Notes: generated by a model from the letters alone, not told the origin. A stretch of DNA of 52,467 nucleotides from a virus (IMGVR_UViG_3300022746_000027:1-52467); one strand, 5' to 3'; positions 30,216-40,072 are shown, counted from the first letter of the stretch. Program-made: numbers and translations.

Positions 30216-30250
30216 TAGCTGAACGAATAATAATAATAACTAAGTGACTC

Positions 30251-30281
30251 AAGGGAGGTTCTTTAAGAACCTCCCTTTTTT
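30251..30281 (+). terminator. Rho-independent terminator after gp23
   Basis: GGGAGGTTCT-TTA-AGAACCTCCC followed by a T-run. Confidence 0.9.
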
Positions 30282-30288
30282 ATTTCAG

Positions 30289-30295
30289 CTAAATA
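30289..30295 (+). promoter_or_regulatory. Late promoter CTAAATA
   Basis: Between the terminator and gp3. Confidence 0.7.
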
Positions 30296-30313
30296 AAGCA
30301 GAGAGGTGAATCA

Positions 30314-30859
30314 ATGTCAGCACTAACTAGAAATCCAACAGTAAAAGATTTGATGCAGTCTACTAAGTTTAGACTAGTATTCAATAGACTGCCTAATGTA
30401 ACGTTTTTCTGTCAGACTGCAACATTGCCTGGCGTGTCTCTTACTGAAGTGCCTCGTAATACACCATTCATCGATTTATACTCACCTGGCGAAAAGCTGA
30501 TATATGATCCTCTGACAGTATCGTTTCTTGTCGATGAAGATTTGAGGGCGTGGCAAGAAATCCACGACTGGATCAGAGGAATGACATTCCCAACAGACTT
30601 CAAAGAGTACAGAGACTTGGATCTTCTAAATCCAAACACAATATCAAGATCTAAGAGTCCTAGAGGATTTCCGCAGTTCTCAGATGCGACGGTTTCTATC
30701 TATACCAACAAAAATAATCCACACATAAGAATTCACTTGAAGGATGTATTTCCTATCTCACTAGATGGTCTTCAGTTTAGTTCTATGGATAGTGCTGAGA
30801 ATATCATTACCGCAACATCATCGTTCAGATTTTCATACTACAACATAGAAAGACTTTGA
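30314..30859 (+). CDS. gp3: Tail tube completion protein gp3
   Basis: LPNVTFFCQTATLPG, FLVDEDL..W.EIHDWI, SDAT, FPISL. Confidence 0.9.
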   Translation: MSALTRNPTVKDLMQSTKFRLVFNRLPNVTFFCQTATLPGVSLTEVPRNTPFIDLYSPGEKLIYDPLTVSFLVDEDLRAWQEIHDWIRGMTFPTDFKEYRDLDLLNPNTISRSKSPRGFPQFSDATVSIYTNKNNPHIRIHLKDVFPISLDGLQFSSMDSAENIITATSSFRFSYYNIERL

Positions 30860-30884
30860 CAAACATATGATACAGTGCTATACT
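30856..30884 (+). promoter_or_regulatory. sigma70 promoter for uvsY
   Basis: TTGACA-N17-TATACT. Confidence 0.8.
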
Positions 30885-30913
30885 GTGCTAGTGTCTAACT
30901 ATCAAAGTGAATT

Positions 30914-31366
30914 ATGAGCAAGCTTGAAGCGCCATCTCTAACTGAAATTATGGAGTCTTGGAACAAAGACTCTGTGATTGATGATACTAACCCAGGAACA
31001 GAAATTCTCCGTATTCCTGCTCTACACAATAAGTACAACAAGTACCTAACGCTCCACAATCTCGCATCCAAACGTGCAAATGTAGAATTGCAAAAGCTTC
31101 GAAAGTTGAAGTGGGCATACTACTCAGGTAAGATGGACAATGAAGAACTCAAGGAACATGGATGGGTACCATTTCCATTCATCCTAAAGTCCGACATCAC
31201 AACGTATCTGGACGGCGACATAGATATTACTGACCTTCAACGTAAGAAAATTTATCACGAAGAAGCCGCAAATTATTGCCAGAACGTTATGAAGGAACTG
31301 AATAATCGTACCTGGCAGTTGAAGGAATTTATGGCTTGGTCTAGATTCCAAAATGGTCAATATTGA
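30914..31366 (+). CDS. uvsY: Recombination mediator UvsY
   Basis: W.KDSVID, IPALHNKY, YYSGK, YLDGD.DI, NNRTWQLK; position before uvsW. Confidence 0.9.
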   Translation: MSKLEAPSLTEIMESWNKDSVIDDTNPGTEILRIPALHNKYNKYLTLHNLASKRANVELQKLRKLKWAYYSGKMDNEELKEHGWVPFPFILKSDITTYLDGDIDITDLQRKKIYHEEAANYCQNVMKELNNRTWQLKEFMAWSRFQNGQY

Positions 31367-31371
31367 AGTTG

Positions 31372-31379
31372 TATAAATA
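31372..31379 (+). promoter_or_regulatory. Late promoter TATAAATA
   Basis: Exact consensus preceding the inserted element. Confidence 0.8.
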
Positions 31380-31431
31380 GAGATGCAGGTCACGATACGG
31401 GAATATCCACCTGCTCTAACACTAAACAGGA

Positions 31432-31920
31432 GTGCCAGCATGGTCTCTATGCGAAACACTAGAGATATCATTTGAAGAAAATCCATCTATAAGCGATCAG
31501 GAATTGAGTAAGATTCCTGAAGATGCTGAATTAGCCATCTCAGCTGGTGGCGGATCTACAACAGCAGGTAAAAGATGGGTTACAAACGGAACGCTAGATA
31601 GACTAGTAGAGAAAGATTGTACCATAGAAGATGGATGGACTTACGGTAGATGTAAGTGCATCTTCAACGATCCAGCCAAGCAGAAAGAGTTCGGATCTAA
31701 GGCTGATGTAACAAAACGTGGTGCCGCTATCAAAAAAGCATGGGATAGTGGAAAGATGGATGTTAGAGATCACTCTAAATGTGGTAGTAAAGGCGATAAA
31801 AATCCGTCCAAAAGACCTGAAGTTAGGGCAAAGATAAGGAATGCGGCACTAAAAGAGTCTAAAGTTCGTTCAGATAGAATGAAGAGGGTCAAGCCTTGGC
31901 AGTACAGATACGACAAATAG
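31432..31920 (+). pseudogene. Homing-endonuclease-related insert (NUMOD-type DNA-binding motifs, no nuclease motif); start appears frameshifted
   Basis: KRWVTNG..GWTYGR and GDKNPSKRPEVRAKI motifs; the RBS-supported ATG at 31440 is out of frame and gives only 11 codons. Confidence 0.5.
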
Positions 31921-33341
31921 ACAATAGCTATATTCATGTAGAATGTGAAGATTCTATAGCAATGGAATTACAGCAGTTCTTTACGTTCGAAGTTCCAGGA
32001 GCAAGTTTTTCTCCTCAATTCCGTAACAAATTTTGGGACGGAACTATAAAATTGTTCAACTTTCGAACACGAAAGGTCTATGCTGGTCTTTCTCGCCACG
32101 TTGAAGAGTTCTGTAAGTCTAATGACTACGAATACAAATTAGATCTATTTGATAGTGGACTCGGTGAGCCTACTCTAGACTTTGTGAAGAAACTCAATCT
32201 TCCAATGGAACCAAGAGACTATCAGCTACTCGCTTACATGTACGCACTCACTAAGAAAAGATGCGTAGTAGTATCTCCAACTGCATCAGGCAAATCTCTG
32301 ATGATCTATATGATGATGACTTGGCTCTTATCTAAGGGTAAGAAGCAGGGTCTTTTGATAGTACCTACAATTTCACTTGTAGAACAGATGTATAGCGATT
32401 TCAAATCGTATGGGCTAGACGTAGAAAAGTATTGCCATAAGATCTATGGAGGTCTAGACAAAGCACCTACTAGCCCTATTACTATTTCAACATGGCAGTC
32501 TATCTACGATTTGCCAAAAAAATATTTCGCGCAGTTCGATTTCGTCATAGGTGATGAGGCGCACACATTCAAAGCAAAGTCACTAACCGACATAATGACG
32601 AAACTGATAAATTGTGACTATCGCATAGGAACTACTGGTACGCTAGATGGTTCTAAAGTGAACAAACTAGTGCTAGAGGGGCTTTTCGGTCCATCTAAGA
32701 AAATCGTCAGTACGAAAGAATTGATGGACAAAAAGCATATAGCTGATTTCAACATCAAGTGTATCGTACTGAAATATCCAGACGAGGTCTGCAAAACCAT
32801 GAAGGGAGTCTCATATCAGGATGAGATGGAATTCTTGGTATCGAACGAAAGCAGAAACAACTTCATACGCGATCTTGTTGTGAACCTGAAAGGAAATAGT
32901 CTGATTCTATATACATATGTAGAGAAGCACGGCAAAGTTCTATTTGATCTAATTGAAGAAAAAGTGTATAATAGAAAGGTATTCTTCGTTCATGGTGATA
33001 CTGATGTCGATGACCGTGAGTCAGTTAGACTTATCACAGAAAAAGAAAACGATGCAATTATCGTGGCATCTTATGGGACATTCTCTACAGGAATCAACAT
33101 AAGAAATCTGCACAATGTAATATTTGCATCTCCAACTAAGAGTAGGGTTCGAACCCTTCAGTCGATAGGCAGAGGTCTTAGATTAGGAGACAATAAAGAT
33201 AGTGCAGTATTGTATGATATTGCAGATGATCTACGCTATAAGTCATATACCAATTACACAATCAAACACTATGAAGAAAGAGTTGGTATGTATAGCGAAG
33301 AACGGTTCAAGTTCAAAATCCACAATGTGAGTATCAAATGA
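31896..33341 (+). CDS. uvsW: DNA helicase UvsW
   Basis: FWDGTIKLF, PRDYQ, SPTASGKS, GDEAH, ASYGTFSTGINI, LQSIGRGLR; TTG start. Confidence 0.95.
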   Translation: MAVQIRQIDNSYIHVECEDSIAMELQQFFTFEVPGASFSPQFRNKFWDGTIKLFNFRTRKVYAGLSRHVEEFCKSNDYEYKLDLFDSGLGEPTLDFVKKLNLPMEPRDYQLLAYMYALTKKRCVVVSPTASGKSLMIYMMMTWLLSKGKKQGLLIVPTISLVEQMYSDFKSYGLDVEKYCHKIYGGLDKAPTSPITISTWQSIYDLPKKYFAQFDFVIGDEAHTFKAKSLTDIMTKLINCDYRIGTTGTLDGSKVNKLVLEGLFGPSKKIVSTKELMDKKHIADFNIKCIVLKYPDEVCKTMKGVSYQDEMEFLVSNESRNNFIRDLVVNLKGNSLILYTYVEKHGKVLFDLIEEKVYNRKVFFVHGDTDVDDRESVRLITEKENDAIIVASYGTFSTGINIRNLHNVIFASPTKSRVRTLQSIGRGLRLGDNKDSAVLYDIADDLRYKSYTNYTIKHYEERVGMYSEERFKFKIHNVSIK

Positions 33342-33742
33342 ATCCAGAAACAATCAGATATATCCGTCTAAAGAACAGCGACGAAATCATCGCTTATGTC
33401 CATGAGAGTAAGACTAAATACATCTGCTCTCGTCCAGTATTGCTATTCGTGGTGAATATGTTTGAAGATGGTAAGCAGCTTCTAAATTCCAGAGAGTATC
33501 TACCACCTACAATTGTACAGGATCAGGTCGTGTCTTTCGACAAGAAAGATGTTGTTTTCTGTGGTACTGTACTAGAATCCTTCAAGTCTGAGTATATTGA
33601 AATGAGTGATTACTTTTTCAATTTGGATCTGATTCAGTCTAAGACTTCTGTAAAGAAGCCTACTGGAGAAGATTCTAAGAAGGATAAGGTAGTGTCGATT
33701 GTAGAAGCGTTGATCGACAAGAAGAATAAGCCTGTTCACTAA
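33338..33742 (+). CDS. Conserved hypothetical (Sm-like) protein between uvsW and gp55
   Basis: IRLKNSDEIIA motif; conserved position in environmental T4-like phages. Confidence 0.6.
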   Translation: MNPETIRYIRLKNSDEIIAYVHESKTKYICSRPVLLFVVNMFEDGKQLLNSREYLPPTIVQDQVVSFDKKDVVFCGTVLESFKSEYIEMSDYFFNLDLIQSKTSVKKPTGEDSKKDKVVSIVEALIDKKNKPVH

Positions 33743-33792
33743 AGTATCTTATAGTATTCTTAGAGTAATACTTACTGAAACACGACACAGAC

Positions 33793-33821
33793 ATTATACA
33801 AATTGATTGAGGACTAGTCAA
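33793..33821 (-). promoter_or_regulatory. Antisense sigma70 promoter
   Basis: Minus strand reads TTGACT-N17-TATAAT. Confidence 0.65.
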
Positions 33822-33827
33822 GTTATT

Positions 33828-34385
33828 ATGGCAAAAAAACACTACATCGACAACACACAGTTCCTAAGTGAAATGGTAGCATACAGGAAGGCAGTTAGGC
33901 TTGCTAAGAAGGAAGATCTTCCTAAGCCTAAACTGCCTAACTACGTTGGTAGCTGCTTTATGAAAATTGCAGAGAACCTCTCACATAAACCCAACTTTCT
34001 GTCGTATTCTTTCAGGGATGAAATGATATCAGACGCAATCGAGAACTGCGTCATGTATGCTGATAATTTCAATCCAACTAAGTCGAAGAATCCATTCGCA
34101 TACTTCACTCAAATAGTATACTACGCATTCTTGCGTAGAATACAGAAGGAGAAGAAACAACTGTATGTGAAATACAAGTCCACAGAGTACATGGGAGTAA
34201 CTGATGACCATGACCAGCTGGAAGGTGAGAATGGATATACCAGACAGTTTGAAATGTATGACAACATCGCTGAGTTTATCGAAAATTTCGAGAACGCCAG
34301 AAAGATGAAAAAGAAGTCTAAGCTAAATCTGGAGAATTTCATTGATGAAACTGACGATGACGATTTGCAATCCACCACAGCCTAG
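33828..34385 (+). CDS. gp55: Late-transcription sigma factor gp55
   Basis: HYIDN, NYVGSCFMKIAENLSHKPNF, MISDAIENC, NPFAYFTQI..AFLRRI. Confidence 0.96.
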   Translation: MAKKHYIDNTQFLSEMVAYRKAVRLAKKEDLPKPKLPNYVGSCFMKIAENLSHKPNFLSYSFRDEMISDAIENCVMYADNFNPTKSKNPFAYFTQIVYYAFLRRIQKEKKQLYVKYKSTEYMGVTDDHDQLEGENGYTRQFEMYDNIAEFIENFENARKMKKKSKLNLENFIDETDDDDLQSTTA

Positions 34386-34393
34386 TGTACAAT
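34365..34393 (+). promoter_or_regulatory. sigma70 promoter for gp47-gp46
   Basis: TTGCAA-N17-TACAAT. Confidence 0.6.
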
Positions 34394-34430
34394 ATACCAG
34401 TATCCATATCACTTACAGGGTGAAATTTCC

Positions 34431-35492
34431 TTGAAAATTGCAATTTTAGGCGACACTCACTTCGGAAGTCGCAACGATAGTCTAGTATTTCATAATCTGT
34501 TCAGATCCTTTTATGAGAACACATTCTTTCCATACCTGAAGGAACATGGTATTGATACTGTGATTCAGCTAGGGGATCTGTTTGATCGTAGGAAATACAT
34601 CAACTTCCAGTCCCTTGCTCTAGCCAAAGACTATTTCTTTGAGCAGCTGGAGTCAAATGGAATTACACTTCACACTCTGCTGGGTAACCATGACATCTTC
34701 TATAAGAATACGCTAAACGTGAATTCCACTGGACTTGTGCTTGGTGAATTCAACAACGTGAAGATGTATGATAAGCCAACTAAGGTGACATTCGATAGCC
34801 TAGAAGTGGACATTGTGCCTTGGATCTGCCAAGAGAATGAACAAGAGATTATGGAATTCATAAGCAACTCCAAGTCCGACATCTGCTTTGGTCATTTTGA
34901 ATTCGCTGGATTTGAGATGGACAGGGGTAACGTATGTCAAGAAGGGCTGGATGCAAATAAATTCAAGCGATACGAACTCATACTGACAGGTCATTTCCAC
35001 CATAAGTCTAGAAAGAGTAATGTCTACTACATTGGCACACCATACGAAATGACATGGTCGGATTGTAGCGATATGAAGGGCTTTGTAGTATTCGATACAG
35101 AAACTCGAAAGCATGAATTCATTGAGAATCCAAACACAATCTATCGAAAGGTCAACTACGATGATAGTGACATGTATATTGGTGATTTGAATGAGGACAT
35201 GTTTTCTCAGTACGCGGGTAAGTTCGTAAAGATCATTGTAACCAAGAAAAACAATTCATTCCTGTTGGAGACTTTTGTTGACTATATGATGAAGGCAGGA
35301 GCCATCGACGTATCTGTAATTGAAGATTTCACCGAACTAGTATCGAGTGATGATGTTCCAGACGTAGATCAGGCAGATGATACTACGACGATCTTGGAAA
35401 AATACATCGACTCCATCGAGATTGACTTGAATAAGTCCAAACTAAAGAGTATAATCAAAGAGATTTATACAGAGGCTCTGACAATAGAATGA
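34431..35492 (+). CDS. gp47: Recombination endonuclease subunit gp47 (Mre11/SbcD-like)
   Basis: GDTHFG, LGDLFDRR, GNHD, GHFE, GHFH; TTG start. Confidence 0.96.
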   Translation: MKIAILGDTHFGSRNDSLVFHNLFRSFYENTFFPYLKEHGIDTVIQLGDLFDRRKYINFQSLALAKDYFFEQLESNGITLHTLLGNHDIFYKNTLNVNSTGLVLGEFNNVKMYDKPTKVTFDSLEVDIVPWICQENEQEIMEFISNSKSDICFGHFEFAGFEMDRGNVCQEGLDANKFKRYELILTGHFHHKSRKSNVYYIGTPYEMTWSDCSDMKGFVVFDTETRKHEFIENPNTIYRKVNYDDSDMYIGDLNEDMFSQYAGKFVKIIVTKKNNSFLLETFVDYMMKAGAIDVSVIEDFTELVSSDDVPDVDQADDTTTILEKYIDSIEIDLNKSKLKSIIKEIYTEALTIE

Positions 35493-37198
35493 TACTGTTC
35501 AAAACATTGAAGTGGCGAAATTTCCTTTCAACTGGCAACATCTTTACCGAGATTCAACTAAACAAGCATCCTAGTGCATTGATTGTAGGTGAGAACGGAG
35601 CGGGTAAGTCTACGCTATTAGATGCTCTGACATTCGCACTCTTCGGTAAGCCATATCGAAATATCAACAAGCCACAGTTGGTAAATTCAGTCAACAATAA
35701 GGACTGTCTCGTAGAACTGACATTTCAGATAGCAGACAAAAACTACATGATTCGTCGTGGACTAAAGCCTGCTGTGTTTGAGATTCTAGTAGATGGAACT
35801 CTCCTGAACCAAGATGCGAGGTCTAAGGACTATCAGGACACTCTTGAGAATACAATCATCAAGATGAATTACAAGTCTTTCACGCAGATAGTTATTCTTG
35901 GCGCAGCATCGTTTACTCCATTCATGCAACTATCTGCATCAGATAGACGAGCAGTTATCGAAGATCTTTTGGATATCCAGATCTTCACTAACATGAATAG
36001 CATCGTTAAGGAAAGAGTTAGTTCGCTCAAGACTGAAATGGCTGAACTCAAGATCAAGCTGGATTCTGTTAAAGAGAAGATCGAACTTCATAAGTCACAT
36101 ATTGACGCTATGAAGAGAAACAACACAGAGACGATCAGTAAGAAGCAAAGACAGATCCTAGAACACAACAAGACTCTGATCGAGTTGAACATCAACAAAG
36201 ATAAAGTCGAAGCTGAAATTGAAAGTATGCTGACTGAGATTGCAGATAAAGAGTCTGTGCGTGTGAAAGAAAAGAAGCTAAATGCGTTCGAAGTGAAGAT
36301 TGAAACATCGAAGTCTAAGCTTGAGAAAGAGATTAGGTTTTATACTGATAACGATAACTGCCCTTCGTGTAAGCAGACAATCAATGTAGATTTCAAGTCA
36401 ACTATCGTTGAGCAGAATAATTCTACATTAGAAGATTATGTCGATGGGCTAAAGAAACTAGCAGAACAGAAGGATATTCTGTATTCACGAATAGCGAATA
36501 TCGAGAAGATTCAGAATGCAATCAGTAATCTAGAAGCTAATGTGACTACCACGATAACTAGTATTTCACACACTAAGAAGTACATTCGCAATCTTGAGTC
36601 TGAGATAGAAGAACTATCTGAGTCTAAGTCTATTAGCACAGATACTAAAGATCAATCAGAGAAGCTTCTAGCTGAATTGACATCGCTAGTCGAGCGAAGA
36701 AAAGGATCAGCAGAGGAAAAGCAATACTACGATGTCGCTGCTACCCTTCTGAAAGATGGAGGCATAAAGAGCAAGATCATCAAGCAGTATCTTCCTGTGA
36801 TAAACAGACTTGTGAACAAGTATCTTGCTAGTATGGATTTCTTTGTGAACTTTAACATCGATGAGGAATTCAAAGAAACCATCAAGTCTAGACATAGAGA
36901 CGATTTCAGCTATGAGTCTTTTTCAGAGGGTGAGAAGCAGAAGATCGATCTATCGCTACTGTTGACGTGGCGATCTGTTGCTAGATTGAAGAATAGTGTC
37001 AATACAAACCTTCTGATATTGGATGAGACTTTCGATTCATCACTAGACAGCAAGGGTACAGATAGCTTGCTTCAAATTCTACATACACTACCAGAGAATA
37101 CAAACGTGTTCGTTATCTCACACAAGGATCAACTACACGATAAGTTCTCTCACTCTATCCGCTTTGAGAAGAAGCAGAATTTTTCGAGGATTTCATAA
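35489..37198 (+). CDS. gp46: Recombination ATPase subunit gp46 (Rad50/SbcC-like)
   Basis: GENGAGKST, CPSC zinc hook, FSEGEK signature, LILDE. Confidence 0.96.
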   Translation: MILFKTLKWRNFLSTGNIFTEIQLNKHPSALIVGENGAGKSTLLDALTFALFGKPYRNINKPQLVNSVNNKDCLVELTFQIADKNYMIRRGLKPAVFEILVDGTLLNQDARSKDYQDTLENTIIKMNYKSFTQIVILGAASFTPFMQLSASDRRAVIEDLLDIQIFTNMNSIVKERVSSLKTEMAELKIKLDSVKEKIELHKSHIDAMKRNNTETISKKQRQILEHNKTLIELNINKDKVEAEIESMLTEIADKESVRVKEKKLNAFEVKIETSKSKLEKEIRFYTDNDNCPSCKQTINVDFKSTIVEQNNSTLEDYVDGLKKLAEQKDILYSRIANIEKIQNAISNLEANVTTTITSISHTKKYIRNLESEIEELSESKSISTDTKDQSEKLLAELTSLVERRKGSAEEKQYYDVAATLLKDGGIKSKIIKQYLPVINRLVNKYLASMDFFVNFNIDEEFKETIKSRHRDDFSYESFSEGEKQKIDLSLLLTWRSVARLKNSVNTNLLILDETFDSSLDSKGTDSLLQILHTLPENTNVFVISHKDQLHDKFSHSIRFEKKQNFSRIS

Positions 37199-37776
37199 TG
37201 GGCGAAAAGAAGATCAAATTCATTGACGGTAACATGTTTGAGTATGAGATCTTAGATCTCGTAGATGAATATGACCCTATACTACATGAACCCACTGTTC
37301 CTGTGGACTTCGATGTAATGTCTGGTGCTGAGATTTCATATGTCGCAACTTCTCTAGCAGAGACATTAGATAAGCTTCAAGGTTTAGGGCTTAGTGCTAA
37401 TCAGGTAGGTATCAAGCATAAGATCTGTGCTATCAATATGGGAGAGAAGATCTGGATGCTAATCAATCCAGAAATTATTTCCAGCAGCGAAGCTGTCAGC
37501 GACTACAATGAGGGGTGTCTATCTTTCCCTGGCTTGTACCTCAAGATCAAAAGACCACAAAGTATCGTGGTGAAATTTCAGGCATTCAATGGCGACTTTG
37601 TGGAACAGCAGTTCGATGGACTGACTGCTACCGTCATTCAGCATGAGATTGACCATCTGAATGGTATCTGCTATACTTCTAAGGTTAGTCCCATCAAACT
37701 TGAAATTGCAAAGAGAAAAACCAAGTCCAATCTCAAGAAAATGCGAAAGGCTCGCAGCAGAGGGCTAAGTTATTGA
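37198..37776 (+). CDS. def: Peptide deformylase
   Basis: GLGLSANQVG, EGCLSFP, QHEIDHLNG. Confidence 0.95.
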   Translation: MGEKKIKFIDGNMFEYEILDLVDEYDPILHEPTVPVDFDVMSGAEISYVATSLAETLDKLQGLGLSANQVGIKHKICAINMGEKIWMLINPEIISSSEAVSDYNEGCLSFPGLYLKIKRPQSIVVKFQAFNGDFVEQQFDGLTATVIQHEIDHLNGICYTSKVSPIKLEIAKRKTKSNLKKMRKARSRGLSY

Positions 37777-37825
37777 TTCTATTGAGGTTTTTGGAGTTGA
37801 CTTTTTGACTGGTTAGAAGCATACT
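37766..37825 (+). promoter_or_regulatory. Early promoter 1 with upstream IHF-consensus box
   Basis: TAAGTTATTGATT (37766-78; reverse complement fits WATCAAN4TTR), TTGACT 37797, N17, CATACT. Confidence 0.75.
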
Positions 37826-37849
37826 GTCCTCAAGATACGAGGAGACACT

Positions 37850-40072
37850 ATGAGTCTAACTAATACAAAATCTGTTCTGGCGAAGCTTCTGGCTTCGGAG
37901 AATATCACTGTTCAGCATGGTGCGGTGAAAACCGCATACTTCGATATGAAGAATCGGGTTCTTATGTGCCCGACTTGGGTCGACATGGACGGTGACATCT
38001 ATGACCTTGTCATGGGTCACGAAGTTGGTCATGCCCTGGAGACTCCCGCTCAGGGCTGGCATGATGCCCTTGTTGATGGTCAGAAAAAGAAGTTTAAGTC
38101 TTTCCTCAATGTCATTGAGGATGCGCGCATTGAAAAGAAGATCAAGCGCCGTTATCCTGGTCTGGCTAGGTCATTTGCTAACGCATATAAGTCGCTGTAT
38201 GAGCGCGACTTTTTCGGCATCAACAAGCTGCCGGATACTGACAAGCTTGGAATTATCGATCGGATAAACATTCGATTCAAGCTTGGTGCGCACGTTATCG
38301 TCCGCTTCAATGATGAAGAACGAGAATTCGTGCGTGAAGTGGAAAACGCCGAGACCTGGGAACAGGTTGTAGATATCGCCAATCGTGTCTATGCTTATGC
38401 ACAATTGCATGAGAAGGACAAGATTAATTCAATTACCGATCTGAAAGATTATATCCGCGAGGCTATGAAAGACCTCACTGGGGATATGGAGACAGAGGAT
38501 GCGTCCGATGATGACTCCGACGATTACTCGGATGATGAGGACGATGAAATTGACGGAGGAGACTCCTCTAGTGATTCGGTTGGCGATGAATCTGAGGAAG
38601 ATTCTGAGGAAGATTCTGAGGAAGATTCTGAGGAAGATTCGGCTTCCGGTGGTGGTGAGGATGAGGACGATGGTGAGCCGCAGTCGGTGACTGATAGTGC
38701 CTTCCGTCAGCGTGAATCGGAACTGGTGAACAGTTCTGGTGTCGTCAGTATGCTGGAACTTCCTGAGCCGAATTTGAAGAAGATCATCAAGGCTAATTCT
38801 AAGCACCTTCTGGATTTTGAAGGTGCGATGAAGGATATGCTCAGACGGACTGATAATGTTCTGGGTCGGAATCATGTTGCATACGAAACCCTGACTCGCA
38901 CTGCCGTATTTAATTTCAACAAGAATAATCGCAAGTATATTGCGCATATCCTGAAGGAATTTGAAATGCGCAAGTCGGCGACGCAGTATGCCCGTGCGCA
39001 GACTGCAAAGACTGGCGAACTGAACATGAATGCTCTTCATGGATATCGTTTCACTAACGACATCTTCAAGAAAATTTCAATCGTTCCTAAGGGTAAGAAC
39101 CATGGCATGATTCTGTTTGTGGATATGTCTGGTTCTATGTTCCACATTCTGCGCAATACGATTGAGCAGCTTTTGGTTCTTGTTTCTTTCTGCAAGAAAG
39201 CTAACATTCCGTTCGATGTTTATGGATTCAGTAATGACTATTATGGTGGGCTTGTTGATGCTGGGCTCGACGGCAATGCTTCCGAGAAGTTTACTTCTAG
39301 TGCGAGTGTAGACAGGTCAATTCAATTCACTGGATACTATTTCCATCTCAACCATATGATTGGTTCGGGTCTGTCGAAGTCCGCATACTCTCGGTCATTC
39401 GCTGCACTTGCTGTTGTTGCGGATCAGTTCTCCAAGAGTGGTTATATGAGTAATATTGACCAGATGACTTGGGCTAATGCTGGCTTCGGACTGAACACAA
39501 CTCCGACGCTCGAAACGCTGGCAGCATCTAGGAAGATCATCACTGATTTTCGTATTGCCACTCGCGCGGATATCGTGAACGTTGTTTATCTGACTGATGG
39601 TGTTGGCGATTCTAACTGGAGGGCTGGTAATACCAGTCGTTATTTCGGCAAGGGTACTGTTAACTATATCGTAGATAAGAATACGCAGAAGAAGCGGCGG
39701 GTGACTGATAGCAATATGCAGTCTGCCATGACTGAACTTGTGCGGGATGTCACTGGTTGCAAGCACATCGGATTCTATCTCGTTCCTCGCAGTAGTCTCC
39801 GTCGTGAATTGAGATACACCGTGCGCAACTTCAATGATGCCAAGGAAATGAAGGAGTGTGTGCGAAAGAATAACTTTTTCTCTATTCCTACTCTTGGGTT
39901 CGACAACTATTACTATGTTGGTATTGATTCTTCCAATATCGATGACGGCGATCTGAATGTGAACGTTGGTATGTCTAAGTCTAAGATGGCGTCTAACTTC
40001 AAGAAGTTTCAGCTTGGTAAGTCTAGCAACCGAGTCCTCGTGAGTCGGTTTGCCCAGGAAATCGCAGCATAA
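37850..40072 (+). CDS. Metallopeptidase-motif plus vWA-domain protein (CobT-like partner of a MoxR AAA+)
   Basis: HEVGHAL, NVIEDARIEK, acidic linker, MIDAS DMSGSM, LTDG. Confidence 0.85.
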   Translation: MSLTNTKSVLAKLLASENITVQHGAVKTAYFDMKNRVLMCPTWVDMDGDIYDLVMGHEVGHALETPAQGWHDALVDGQKKKFKSFLNVIEDARIEKKIKRRYPGLARSFANAYKSLYERDFFGINKLPDTDKLGIIDRINIRFKLGAHVIVRFNDEEREFVREVENAETWEQVVDIANRVYAYAQLHEKDKINSITDLKDYIREAMKDLTGDMETEDASDDDSDDYSDDEDDEIDGGDSSSDSVGDESEEDSEEDSEEDSEEDSASGGGEDEDDGEPQSVTDSAFRQRESELVNSSGVVSMLELPEPNLKKIIKANSKHLLDFEGAMKDMLRRTDNVLGRNHVAYETLTRTAVFNFNKNNRKYIAHILKEFEMRKSATQYARAQTAKTGELNMNALHGYRFTNDIFKKISIVPKGKNHGMILFVDMSGSMFHILRNTIEQLLVLVSFCKKANIPFDVYGFSNDYYGGLVDAGLDGNASEKFTSSASVDRSIQFTGYYFHLNHMIGSGLSKSAYSRSFAALAVVADQFSKSGYMSNIDQMTWANAGFGLNTTPTLETLAASRKIITDFRIATRADIVNVVYLTDGVGDSNWRAGNTSRYFGKGTVNYIVDKNTQKKRRVTDSNMQSAMTELVRDVTGCKHIGFYLVPRSSLRRELRYTVRNFNDAKEMKECVRKNNFFSIPTLGFDNYYYVGIDSSNIDDGDLNVNVGMSKSKMASNFKKFQLGKSSNRVLVSRFAQEIAA
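38591..38640 (+). repeat. Four perfect 12-bp tandem repeats TCTGAGGAAGAT (SEED x4)
   Basis: Seen directly. Confidence 0.95.

Noticed and set aside
30226-30240. Short (AAT)n run after gp23
   Set aside because: Low-complexity spacer before the terminator; no evidence of function
32944-32972. TTGATC-N17-TATAAT inside uvsW
   Set aside because: Could be an internal promoter for the 33338-gp55 genes, but the -35 is weak and it lies in coding sequence; not supportable
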